A DNA stretch of 64,000 nucleotides from Candidatus Zhuqueibacterota bacterium (GTDB lineage Bacteria > Zhuqueibacterota > Zhuqueibacteria > Oleimicrobiales > Geothermoviventaceae): the NCBI GenBank assembly GCA_034506315.1, contig JAPDPT010000005.1, positions 36,653-100,652 on the forward strand, in the 5' to 3' direction. Made by a program: the position numbers and the translations under genes. Positions 19,221-29,400 of the stretch are shown here, one piece after another. The stretch's first letter is position 1. Every line of letters begins with the position of its first letter. Under the pieces are notes generated by a model. The model was given only the letters and a program-made list of their open reading frames with translations, did no database searches and was not told the DNA's origin.

Positions 19221-20267
19221 CTACCCAGAGAAGCCCAGCCCCCACGTGGCATCTACCAGCGCGTGGACGATGGCCGCTGTTGTCACCTTGCCCGTGCGGA
19301 GATACGCCAGCCCGTAGAAGACCCCCGCGATAGTCGCCAGCACAATGTAAACCCAGGGAACCGAAAGACTACCCAGCGGGCCAAGGGACCAGTGGAGCAG
19401 GGGCGGGACACGGTTGTTCACGTGAGCCCAGCCGAAGATCACGCTGGTAACCACAAGCGAAACGGGTTTCCACCGCGACTGCTCCCCCAGCCTCTGAGCC
19501 AGCAGATTCTGGATGAGACCCCGGAAAAGCACCTCCTCCGGAACCCCGGTGAACAGGAAAATAGCCACGACGGTTAGCACGACCCGAGCAGCGGAGGGGG
19601 CCTGCGTCGACGGCCGGATGAATCCCGTGGGTAACCCGAGCGCCAGGGCGAAGGGGACAAAGGCGAGAAAGTAAAGTACCGCCCACTTCAGATCCTCTCT
19701 CCGGAAATCGAGGCGAAACCCGACGCCGCTGACCGCCCGGACCGACAGAAACGTGTACAGGGCAAACGGCATGGCCAGCATCGACCCAAGACCGATCACC
19801 CCCTTCGCTGGAGGAAGAGGGGGTCCTGAAATCCAGTCCAACTCCACCGGAAACCAGATGGCCAGGATGGCGAGAAGATCTCCGACGTTCGGGCGTTCAC
19901 CCAGCCGATTGGCAAGCTTTGCCAGCGCCACGGGGAGCAGCCCGTAGAAAAGAACTGACAGGGGAAGGGCCGAACGGGCGAAAACTGCACCGTACACCAG
20001 GGCCACCGCCCACACGGCCAAGGGGAAGAACCAGACGCGTGCGCCGCCCCTCCGCCCAAGATTCCGCAAGGCCTGGACAAAACGGAAATCCGTGAACGCC
20101 AGAGTAACCAGAAGGGCCAGGCCAAAAACCGCCGCAGCTACAGCCGTCTCTGCTGCCCTTGCTCCCGCCGATGCCGCACGCCAGGAGAATCCGCCCACAG
20201 CGAGGGTCAGCAGAACCAATGCCACCCACGCATTCCGACCGGGGAGAAAATCCGATTCACGGGCCAT
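19221..20267 (-). CDS. CPBP-family intramembrane metalloprotease (CAAX protease / Abi family)
   Basis: GVPEEVLFRGLIQ (EExxxR) and VIFGWAHVNN (FxxxH) are the two signature motifs of PF02517. Multi-pass membrane protein. ATG at 20265-20267 (MARESDF...) with a GGAGGGAGG RBS. Confidence 0.8.
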   Translation of the reverse strand: MARESDFLPGRNAWVALVLLTLAVGGFSWRAASAGARAAETAVAAAVFGLALLVTLAFTDFRFVQALRNLGRRGGARVWFFPLAVWAVALVYGAVFARSALPLSVLFYGLLPVALAKLANRLGERPNVGDLLAILAIWFPVELDWISGPPLPPAKGVIGLGSMLAMPFALYTFLSVRAVSGVGFRLDFRREDLKWAVLYFLAFVPFALALGLPTGFIRPSTQAPSAARVVLTVVAIFLFTGVPEEVLFRGLIQNLLAQRLGEQSRWKPVSLVVTSVIFGWAHVNNRVPPLLHWSLGPLGSLSVPWVYIVLATIAGVFYGLAYLRTGKVTTAAIVHALVDATWGLGFSG

Positions 20268-20610
20268 TTCCGTCCTCCCTCCAAGGGAAACTCCCTCGCG
20301 CGCCACACACTGGGCTTTTCATCCCGTCCTTCGTGGAAGGCGCGATGTCCGCGGATCGTTCGGCCCATCCCTCCGTAGGCTTTCCTTTTGAGCCGGCCCC
20401 AGAAGGACAGGGATTGCTTGGAACTCGCCCCCTTCAGACCATGCCGCCGAACCCAGACCCCGGGGTGGATCGCCCGACCGCGTTTCCGGCCGTCGTACGT
20501 GTCCATTGCGAAGCGCGAGCACCTTTTGCCCCGGCCTCTGTCCGCTGCCCCTTCTGCGATGGAGGCCAGAGCCGGCGCCAGGAGCGCTCGCCGACCTGCC
20601 TGGAACCCGT

Positions 20611-21528
20611 TCAGCTCCGGGCTGGCAGGACCCACTCGCAGCTCCGAACTAGATTCTCGATGGCCCGCACGTCCGCCTCAGGCACAGGTCTCTTTGCGCC
20701 CAGCCTCGACACAGGCTCGATGGGAAGACCCAGAGCCCTAAGCGCGAGCTTGCCGCTCGTAGGCCAGGGCACCTGGGCTAGCCCGTCGTTCAACTCGATC
20801 ACCCTGAACTGGAGCTTCCGGGCTGTTGTCCAGTCTCCAGCGCCGAATGCCTCTTGGAGCGCAGCCAGCAGATTGGGCCAGATGTTGGCGCCCCCACCCA
20901 CTACGCCCACCGCGCCGTAGGCCAAGTCGCTCAGATACACGGTCTCAACCCCGCTCAGCACCTGGATGTGCTCGCCCACCTCGCGGCACATCCGAGCCAT
21001 CCGCTCGGCATCGGTGGTGCGGTACTTGAGGGCCACGACGCTCGGCACCTCTTCGGCGATCCTTCGCATTGTGGCAGGGGTAGGGCTACGCGGGCCCTCC
21101 CCACGTGGGTCGTAGAGCAGGACCGGGACCTCACACTCGCGGCACACCGTCGACACAAAGGCGAGAATGCCATCCTGGGATGGTCGGATTGCCTCGGGGA
21201 TGACGACCCCGACGGCCGGGACCCCTACGTGAATAGCGAAATCGCGAAGCCTCAACGTGTCCCGCAGGTCCTCGCAGCCGATGTTGGGCACAAGGGGGAT
21301 CGAGCCGCTTGCGTGCACCGCTACGTCCACGAGTTGCTTTCGCTCTGAGAACGAGAGGGCCTGCCATTCGCCGGAACCGCCCATCAGGAAGAACACATTT
21401 ACCTTCTGGCCGGATAGCCATTCGAGGAGCTTAGGCAGGGTCTCCAGGTCCACAGCCCCCGCAGCCGTGAAAGGAGTGAAAACCGGAACGACGACCCCCT
21501 CGAACAGTCCCTCGCGCCGCGCCTCCAT
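20611..21528 (-). CDS. Dihydrodipicolinate synthase / N-acetylneuraminate lyase family protein (DapA-like class I aldolase)
   Basis: GVVVPVFTPF...LMGGSGEWQALSFSERKQLVDVAV is the typical N-terminal pattern of the DHDPS/NAL family. ATG at 21526-21528 (MEARREG...). Confidence 0.7.
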   Translation of the reverse strand: MEARREGLFEGVVVPVFTPFTAAGAVDLETLPKLLEWLSGQKVNVFFLMGGSGEWQALSFSERKQLVDVAVHASGSIPLVPNIGCEDLRDTLRLRDFAIHVGVPAVGVVIPEAIRPSQDGILAFVSTVCRECEVPVLLYDPRGEGPRSPTPATMRRIAEEVPSVVALKYRTTDAERMARMCREVGEHIQVLSGVETVYLSDLAYGAVGVVGGGANIWPNLLAALQEAFGAGDWTTARKLQFRVIELNDGLAQVPWPTSGKLALRALGLPIEPVSRLGAKRPVPEADVRAIENLVRSCEWVLPARS

Positions 21529-21789
21529 GGGATTCCCTGTAGGCAACCAGGTGTCCGGTGGTCCCTCGTAGCGGCCGAAGTTGCTCTATGGCCGAGAGAA
21601 AAGCAAGGAAAATCCTGTGCGCTGCCCCGCTTGCGACCCTCGGGCCATCCCACACCGCGAACACGGACCCCTTGCCTTCGACCTCCGGGCGGGGTGGAAC
21701 GACGAAAGGTCACTTGCTCGCAACTCGAAGCGAGACTCTGTGGGAGCCGGAATCCCCCTTTGATTCCGCTTGGCCCTCGGGGAAGACCC

Positions 21790-23589
21790 CTACTTGACCA
21801 CCACCACCCTTTGCGTGAGGAACTCTTCCCCGCCTCGCTCGTCCGCAAAGCGGATGTGGTAGAAGTACGTGCCGCTCGGTACCCGGGGAAGCCACCGAAA
21901 CAGATGTTCACCGGGCTCGATGCGGGGAATCCACTGCCGTTCCACCACTCGGCCCCGGATGTCCAGCACGCTGATCTCCAATTCACCGGGGCTGTAGACC
22001 TCACAGACCAACTTCGCGTCGCCACGAGCGGGGTTGGGATAGCTCGGCAAGATGGAAAAGCCCCGCGGCGCCAGTGCCTGCCCCTCGATCCCGGTGGCGA
22101 TGGGCTCCACTTCCAGACCATTGAGCAGAGCGTAGTCCCTTTCTGCGCCGAAGTGGATGTTCAGTTCCCCGTCGAGAACCGGGGTGACCACCTCGATCGT
22201 CAGGGCGGCGTGATTTCCCACCCTCTGGTAGATGTCCAGATCATCGACCACCAGGCTATCCTCGACATGGATATCGAAGATCCTCTTGCCAGGTTGATCG
22301 AAGTAGTTTTCCGCCAGGTGCAGGCGCAGGCGATAGATCCCGGGGGCGAGGCGAACGTTGTAGCGTGCCAAGCCCCAGCGCTCGCTGCGGTAGATTGGGT
22401 CGAGGTCGGTGCCCGCGATTTCCAGAAGCGGCGATTGGCTGAAGCTGGTCCCCTCCTCGTAGCCGTAGAGGCTCGCCTCGGACCACGGCTGGTCCGCCAG
22501 GAATCCCGCTACCGCGTTCCCTCCCGCATTGATGCGCAGCGGGAAGGAAGGGACCTCCGGAACGGCGACCGAAACGACCTGTCCTTGCAGGGTATTGGGC
22601 GGATCGGCCACGTCCCGGATCCCCGATACAGCCAGGCTGTACGATTGCCCAAGGCGCAAGCTGTCGATGTCCAGCAGGACGGAGCGGCCATCGGGGCGCA
22701 GGTGAGCGGCGTGCACCCGTACCCCCGGGAACACGGCGTAACGGGCGGGATCGGCGGCCGACCTCTCGTCTACCCGCTCCGAAAACTGGACAAGGAGGCG
22801 TCCCCATTCGTAGCGAGCCCAGAGCACCTTGGGCGGGTTTCTGTCCACGTACCCGGTGTGGGTGGGGTCCGTAAGGCAAAGGATCATCAGCCCGTCGCGG
22901 AAGACCGCGTTGTCGGGGGTGAAGTCACAGTTATTGCCGTCCCAGGTATGGGTTGCCTTCTGCCAGCGGCTCTGGTTCCAGGAGTCGAAATCGTCTTTCC
23001 ACTGGAGGGTGAAATTGTTGTCGGTTCCCGTATTGCCCCTGCCGGGCGTGTAGGAAGCATAGCTGACGTAGTCGTAGTAAGCGAAGGCGGGCAGCACCGC
23101 GGGATCCCATTTGCCCGCCCAGTCCACATAAGCAGGCTGCCAGATGTTCATCATGATCTTCTGGGGGCGGTTCAAGGCGAGGACGTGGGTTCCCGTTTGC
23201 CTGTGCACTTCCACCCCGTCCACAAACCACGCCACGTAATGGTCGGTCCACTCAATGGCGTAGACGTGGAAATCGAGGCTCGGATCGAAGGGGACGAACT
23301 GGTGGTGCACGTGATTCAGACGATCGGGGGGAATGATGTTAAACTGCACGTCGTCGGGGTAGCGCCCCAGGATCTCGATGTCGATTTCGTTCCAGCGCGA
23401 GTTGGGGTCCACGTCGTTGTAGGTGAAGAACGAGGACAGCAAACCACTTCCCCAGGCGGCTTTCATCCGCACTTCAAAGCGGCCATAGAGGTAGGATTCG
23501 CGGGTGCGGAGCTCAGCCCCACGATAGTCCTTGGCCCATGTCAGGACTGGGACCAGGCAGGTGGCAACCAGCAACAGACGACGTTCCAT
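21790..23589 (-). CDS. GH16 beta-glucanase (laminarinase/licheninase type) carrying a malectin-like (CBM57-like) domain and a T9SS C-terminal sorting domain
   Basis: The catalytic ExDxE motif is WNEIDIEILG in a GH16 jelly-roll context (GAELRTRESYLYGRFEVRMKAAWGSG). The downstream ...RIFDIHVEDSLVVDDLDIYQRVG is malectin-like. The C-terminus ...GTYFYHIRFADERGGEEFLTQRVVVVK is a T9SS CTD. ATG at 23587-23589 with a GAGGGA RBS. Confidence 0.85.
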   Translation of the reverse strand: MERRLLLVATCLVPVLTWAKDYRGAELRTRESYLYGRFEVRMKAAWGSGLLSSFFTYNDVDPNSRWNEIDIEILGRYPDDVQFNIIPPDRLNHVHHQFVPFDPSLDFHVYAIEWTDHYVAWFVDGVEVHRQTGTHVLALNRPQKIMMNIWQPAYVDWAGKWDPAVLPAFAYYDYVSYASYTPGRGNTGTDNNFTLQWKDDFDSWNQSRWQKATHTWDGNNCDFTPDNAVFRDGLMILCLTDPTHTGYVDRNPPKVLWARYEWGRLLVQFSERVDERSAADPARYAVFPGVRVHAAHLRPDGRSVLLDIDSLRLGQSYSLAVSGIRDVADPPNTLQGQVVSVAVPEVPSFPLRINAGGNAVAGFLADQPWSEASLYGYEEGTSFSQSPLLEIAGTDLDPIYRSERWGLARYNVRLAPGIYRLRLHLAENYFDQPGKRIFDIHVEDSLVVDDLDIYQRVGNHAALTIEVVTPVLDGELNIHFGAERDYALLNGLEVEPIATGIEGQALAPRGFSILPSYPNPARGDAKLVCEVYSPGELEISVLDIRGRVVERQWIPRIEPGEHLFRWLPRVPSGTYFYHIRFADERGGEEFLTQRVVVVK

Positions 23590-23602
23590 GCGGTTCCCTC
23601 AC

Positions 23603-25117
23603 TCACGATCCTTGCATCTTACGGCCGTAATCCAAGCGATCATGGGTCGTCAGGATCGGGAAGGCCGGTACCAGCACCGGGAAGGGGACGTTCTTCTGCA
23701 GCACGAACATGTCGATGCGGGTCAGCTTGATTTTCTCGAAAGCATCGGTGTTGATCTCGATCTGGCCCTGGTACTTCCGCCTGAGCTCCGCGACATAGGG
23801 GTTCAGATACTCCTCGAGCACCGCCATCGTCTGTTTGTAATATTCCCCCTTCTTTCCCACAGATTCCAAATACCTGTTCCGCTGGTAGGTGGCCAGGAGG
23901 TAGTCTTTCCACATGGCCACGTGGCGTTCTACCACATTGACCTGATCGTAACCGCGCCGGTAGGCCTCCTTGGTGACGTAGTAGTCGCGAATGAGGTCGG
24001 CGATCGCCAGCCGGAACTGTTCAGGAAACTCCCTGCGGGTCATCCTTCGCTTGCGAAAGACGAGGGGATGGCGAAGCAGCTCTTTCTCGAACCGCTCCAC
24101 GGTCCACACTTCGCCATCGACCCGGAAAAACGGCCGCTGCCGCAGCGCAGCAATCCGCGCCTCAAAGTCCGGCGACGGAACCAAATCGCTCTTCTTCCCC
24201 CAGAACCTCTCGTTAAAGGCCTCCTCTTTCTCCTCCTGGCTGTGCAAATACAGCGGACGCATCAGGTCGGCCATGGTCGGGAACACTTCGGGGTCAAACT
24301 CCAGGCGCTTGCCCTTCATCACCTTGCGCACGAACGCCCGGTAGCTGTTGGCAGCGTGGCGCAGGCGCACCTGTTTCTCCGCGTCCTCCCATCGCTGCTG
24401 GATCGCCATCTCCCCCGCGATCACCTGATCGATCCAGCCTTGGACACGGATGACGGTCACCGAACCGTCCTCGTTCTCCAGCGGCCCCACCAGTTGGCCC
24501 TTCTTGAGCGGCCGGGTGAACAAGGAATCGAGGACAAGCTCGTCTTCCTCCTGCGACCAGGTAACCTCACGCGTGGGGAGAGGGCCCAGGCCCCCTATCT
24601 CCCGGTGCAGGGAGTCCAGGCTCACACCCTCTGCCAGCCGGCGTCGCAGAAGCGCAATCCGAGCGCTGTCGTCGACGGTCAGGTATTCAACGCGATACTT
24701 CCTCCCGAGCAAGACGTAGGCCTTCTTCAGTTCGGCGCTGTCCACCTTTACCCGACGGTAGAAGTCGTGGTAGAATAACCATTCCCGCATTGCCTGTTCC
24801 CTGCGGCCTGCCAGGTAGGCCTGGAACTGTTCGTTGCGCGTCAGTTCGTTGTCCTCGCCCGCCTCCAAGGCGAGGAGCTTCTCCGCGATCAGGCTATTGA
24901 GAACGATCTTGCGGTGAATGTAGTTGTCGCCCTTGCAGTAGGGTGGCCGGATGGTGTACTCCGCCCTGCGGATGAACTCGTTCACGGAAATGGTCTTCGG
25001 CCCCACACGCGCTAAGATCACCTCTTTAGGCTGTTCCGGACGTCTGGCGCACGCGAGTGTGAGGACTAAGGCAGCCGAAATTGCAACCCACAACCGACCC
25101 CGCACTCCGCTTTTCAC
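23603..25117 (-). CDS. Hypothetical lipoprotein (possible SurA-like chaperone N-domain), function unknown
   Basis: Lipoprotein signal ...AISAALVLTLACA. 504 aa, basic, helix-rich. GTG start at 25117. Sits between the PorV-like gene and GH16. Confidence 0.35.
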   Translation of the reverse strand: MKSGVRGRLWVAISAALVLTLACARRPEQPKEVILARVGPKTISVNEFIRRAEYTIRPPYCKGDNYIHRKIVLNSLIAEKLLALEAGEDNELTRNEQFQAYLAGRREQAMREWLFYHDFYRRVKVDSAELKKAYVLLGRKYRVEYLTVDDSARIALLRRRLAEGVSLDSLHREIGGLGPLPTREVTWSQEEDELVLDSLFTRPLKKGQLVGPLENEDGSVTVIRVQGWIDQVIAGEMAIQQRWEDAEKQVRLRHAANSYRAFVRKVMKGKRLEFDPEVFPTMADLMRPLYLHSQEEKEEAFNERFWGKKSDLVPSPDFEARIAALRQRPFFRVDGEVWTVERFEKELLRHPLVFRKRRMTRREFPEQFRLAIADLIRDYYVTKEAYRRGYDQVNVVERHVAMWKDYLLATYQRNRYLESVGKKGEYYKQTMAVLEEYLNPYVAELRRKYQGQIEINTDAFEKIKLTRIDMFVLQKNVPFPVLVPAFPILTTHDRLDYGRKMQGS

Positions 25118-25189
25118 CTCCCTGAGCGTTTGTCCTGACCCTTACTTCAGGGTGAATCTACCGCTCTTTGCTTTGGAAGACAACCCCAA

Positions 25190-25234
25190 GCTCATACAAA
25201 AGCCCCTACCGCCCGGGCCTGGGAGCGGTAGGGG
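25190..25234 (-). terminator. Putative intrinsic terminator downstream of the PorV-like gene
   Basis: Perfect 10-bp GC-rich inverted repeat CCCCTACCGC / GCGGTAGGGG (25203-25212 and 25225-25234) with a 12-nt loop. On the minus-strand transcript it is followed by GCUUUUGUAU. Confidence 0.5.
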
Positions 25235-25375
25235 CACCTAAGGGAGGGCCTCCGCGAACGCCTCCATCGGTGTTGGGACACTGCGCTTACCGAGTCCTCC
25301 CTCCTCCCTTTGCCCGCTTGGCTCCCCCGACCACCGAAATCTCCTGATGCCCGGATGCGAACCTCAGGCTATCCT

Positions 25376-26449
25376 TCAGAAGAGCACACCGAATGAGTAG
25401 GCGTGAACCCGTCCGAGAATCCCGATGTTCCGATAGGCGTACTCCACGCGCACCGCCGCGTTGTTCATCATCCGCAGGACCATTCCGCCGCCGAAAGAGA
25501 GTCCATACTCGGAGTCCGGCATGAACAGGGCCTTGTACCCAGCCCGCAGGTAGAAGGTGCCCGTACTGGGCAGGGTCACGCGGTACTCCCCACCCACGTT
25601 GACGCTCTCGCTATTGTTGTTGGGGTGAATGGCATCGGCGGCGAGGGTAAGCTCCTGCCTCTCGCTGTAGAACGGTTTCACGGAGAAGCCGATGCGGAAC
25701 AAGAGCGGCAGTTCCCACGACTCCAGGCGGAACTGCCCGGGCACATCTCGATAGTTCCCCTGCTCGTAGGGCAGGATGTCGATCGGCTGAATCAGGTCGA
25801 TGCCGTCGTAGCGCATCTTCGTGCCGTAGTTGGAGATGCTCATCCCAATGGCCATCCCCTGCTCACGGTTGCCGGTGGGCGAAAAGAAGTGTGTCTGGAC
25901 GATCACCCCAAGGTCGAAGGCCAGAGCTGTGGCATGCGTGTGCCAGATCTTCGACGAGACGTATTTTCCGGTCGCTCCGAACCCGAACCATTGGGCCAGT
26001 CTGCGCGCATAGGAGAATCCGATGGCGAGATCGGTGGCACTGTACTTCTCGCCGGTCCCTTCCTGGTACTCGACCGTGGTCACGTCCATGTCCCCGTAGT
26101 CGACCTGGATGAGGTTTAACCCGAGGGTCCCGACGCGCGGAATGACCAATCCAACGGCTGTGAAGGCGGTGTTGATGTCCACCAGCCAGGGCTGGTAGCT
26201 GAATACGACCTCGCTCTGCTCCATGTAGGACATCCCAGCCGGGTTCCAGTAGACGGAGGAGACATCGCGGAGCATGCTCACCGCCGCGTCGCCCATCGCG
26301 GTTCCCGAGGTGCCGTAGCCGATCTCCAGGAAGTTGGCGGTGGTGGTTCCCATCCGGTAGGGTTTCTGCGCTTGCGCCACCCCTGCCAGCATGAAAACCG
26401 CCGCAAGTGGCACCAGCAAAAGCCACGAGCTTTTTCGTGCTCCTTTCAT
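25376..26449 (-). CDS. porV: PorV/PorQ-family type IX secretion outer-membrane beta-barrel protein (PorV-like)
   Basis: The N-terminal block TTTANFLEIGYGTSGTAMGDAAVS...VYWNPAGM matches the L.I..ARs.GMG.A PorV/PorQ signature. Alternating beta-strand pattern with an aromatic C-terminal strand ...HAYSFGVLF. Signal peptide MKGARKSSWLLLVPLAAVFMLAGVAQA from the ATG at 26447-26449. Confidence 0.6.
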   Translation of the reverse strand: MKGARKSSWLLLVPLAAVFMLAGVAQAQKPYRMGTTTANFLEIGYGTSGTAMGDAAVSMLRDVSSVYWNPAGMSYMEQSEVVFSYQPWLVDINTAFTAVGLVIPRVGTLGLNLIQVDYGDMDVTTVEYQEGTGEKYSATDLAIGFSYARRLAQWFGFGATGKYVSSKIWHTHATALAFDLGVIVQTHFFSPTGNREQGMAIGMSISNYGTKMRYDGIDLIQPIDILPYEQGNYRDVPGQFRLESWELPLLFRIGFSVKPFYSERQELTLAADAIHPNNNSESVNVGGEYRVTLPSTGTFYLRAGYKALFMPDSEYGLSFGGGMVLRMMNNAAVRVEYAYRNIGILGRVHAYSFGVLF

Positions 26450-26480
26450 TCCAAGCTCCCTTCCGGCATGATCGTTGGCC

Positions 26481-29400
26481 TCACTTAATGATCGCAAACT
26501 TCCCCATCTTTACGTCCCCCGTGACGTCGGACCGCACGTGGTAGATGTACATGCCCGCGGCCACCTCCAGGCCCTCCTTCGTCTGGAGGTCCCAGTGTAC
26601 GATCCCTTCGTCGCTCGGATTATCGACGTGAATCTCGTCGACGAGCACACCGCTCACCGTGAAGATGCGGATCGTACACTTGGCGGGAATGTGGGTGAAC
26701 ATCAGGCGTCGCCTCTGGCTCTTCTGGTAGCTGGCCACCGAAGGCTCCATCGCGTTGGTCGCCACATAGGGATTTGGCACAACCTTGATCCGCTCCATCG
26801 TCTCCCGCAGACTCTTGCGGTCGAGCCCCTCGCCTTCCCGCACGGTGAAGCGGTAGGCGTCGGTGGTGAAGAACGGACGTACGAAACTCACCCGGTACAC
26901 ATCGTTCGGCTTGGGAAGGTTGGCCGGGTCCCGCACGGGGGCGAAGTCGATGACGAAGACCGTCCCGGCCCAGCGATTATCCGTGGTCAGCGCCCCGACC
27001 AGAACGCGGTCCTCCAGGATGTCGAACTGCCCATTGCGGTTGCGGTCGTGGACCACCAGGTCCATCAACACCGGCTTCCCGTCCGGGCCCCGCACCGAGC
27101 GATTCTCTACGCGGAAGTTGAACCGCTGGCCGGTGAGCAAGACCGTTCGATCCAGCCGTACGCCTCGCTCATCGCGCATGGTCTTGGTCGTCGCCCGGCC
27201 TACGTAGGCGGAATCGTCGCCTGTGAACACGATGTCGTAGTCCCATGGGAAGAGAACCGCCTCACGGGAGGAGGGGATCACGAGGATGGGAGCGGAACCC
27301 TTTACCCAGCCCGAGTGCAGGGCATCGAACTGGGCGGTCAGCACCGGAATCTGAATCCGCAAGCGCAGCCCGTCAAAGATGTCCGACGCGATCTCTTTTC
27401 CGGGCGGGATGTACCAGACGTCGAGGGAATCGTCGTAGGTGATGTTGTTGAAGGCGAAGCGCTCCGGAGACTCCTTGTAGACCAGCCGGTTGCTGTCCGT
27501 CACGTCGTAGACGGCGAATCCCTTATCAAGGTATCGAATCCCATACGGACATCCGGCCACCGTCTCCAGCGTGTCTACCAGGAACCTGACTTCATAGGTG
27601 TGGCCGTACTTGAGATCGCCGCGTGCCAGAATCTCGGGTCTTATCTTGCCCGAGCCCAGGGTTACCCCCGTGGAGTCTGTCGCAAGGCTCGGGGGCTGGT
27701 AGCCCGCAGCCATCTGGTGCGGTACGACAATCTGCACATTCTGCCCGATGCGCCGGATGTTCTCATCCTCGTCCAGTTCGATGACCACGTTGTTTTCCGA
27801 AGGCGCCACCCCCGGCCCGATGTCCGGCGCCCCGTAGTCGTAGGCGACCAGCGCGTAGTAATAGGTCCGACCGTTCTGGACGTTGCGATCGATGAAGTAA
27901 TGCACGATCCCGGTCTCGTTGCCGAGGTAGTAGCCCATCCCGTTGACCAGGCCGTAATTGGTGAAGCCCTCGCGCCCGTCGATCACGTCGCATTGGAAAA
28001 TGGGCTTCTTGAACATGGGGGTGCCGAACCCGTCGGTAATGACCTCCGCGTCAGCCATTTTCTTGTCCGTGGCCCGGAAGAGCTTGTAGCCCTCGAAGTC
28101 GTTGATGTTGCCCATGAAGGGATCGCGCGTCTTGGTGTCCGCCACGTCGTCCCAGGTGAGGATGACGTAGCCATCGCCCGCCGTGGCCCGCAGCGTGGGC
28201 ATCTTCGGCGGCATGGCGAACCGGTAGTCCTTCTCGTAGATGACCTGCGCGATCTGCTTCAGGCGGAAAAGGGCCGGCGCCGAGTGCTCCTCCGAGTTGA
28301 GGCCGGAGAGGGGATCATACGCGTGCAGGAGGGCCATGGAGATCCGCTCCGTGCGCCCCTTGTAGAGCGGGAAAGGACCGGAAGCGAAGGTCTCGATCAG
28401 GTTCGAGATCCGACCCAGATATTCGATCAGGGTGTCCTGACCGAGCACCTCCCACATGGACTTGTCCCCTCGGAACCAGTGGTACTCCGAGGCATGGCTG
28501 GGCACTGGGAACATCATGAACGAGGTGAGGCCGACCATGTCGGACTCGGAAACGTCCGTTTCGGCGAAGTTGGGTTCACAGCCAAGTCCTTCCACATAGT
28601 CCGGCTTATGGTTGCACTCTCCCTCATCCGGACCGTTGTAGTTCAATTCCAGCGGTCCGACGCCGTCCAGCCCCACGTCGTCGCCGGCGTCTTCGCCAGG
28701 CTCGTAGACCCCGTTGCCGTCGGAGTCGTGGCCGTCCTGCCAGTCCTGATCCTCATCGGCGTCCCAATGCGGATGCAGGTCCTCCGGCTTCAACCGATAG
28801 AAGCTCAGGAACGCGTTCAAGTCGGCGATCCCGTCCGTAGGGCCGATGATTCTCTCGGCTTCGTTGTCGCGTTTTTCGTCGATGAGGCCGTCTTCGTCAT
28901 TGTCGATTCCATCGAAGGGCAAACCCGGGCTCTCCAGATAGGCGAACCCCATCACGCCGGTGGGGAATCCCCCTTGGCCGATGCCGTTAATGTCCCAGGA
29001 ATAGGCCATGTCCTGCTTGCGGTCGAAGAAGCCGAGGTCGTCGTCCTCCCCTGCTCCCGGCACCATATCGCCGATGGCGTTGTCGACCCAGTATCCGAAG
29101 GCCACCTGGGGCAGGTCATAGTTGGAGATGTTGGAGATGTTGTATTCCCAGAAGATGGCGTCGCGGGCCTGGGGGTTGTTCCATTGGAAGCCGCGCACTT
29201 CCACCCGGATACCCAGACCACCCCAAGGTTTCCCTTTTTGGATGGTGATCTTGTGGGGTAAGATGTCCCCAATTCGCACACCCGGCCGTGGGTAGTACCT
29301 GACCTTGTCCTCCGGCCCGAGGTACTCCTGATCCTGCGCGTCGTTGGCCACAAAATACGTCTCCAGGTCGGCGTAGATTACACCGCGGCCAAAGCGACCA

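Noticed and set aside
21749-21767. Hairpin GGAATC-N7-GATTCC downstream of the GH16 gene as a terminator
   Set aside because: The stem is only 6 bp with no U-run on either strand. That is too weak to call.
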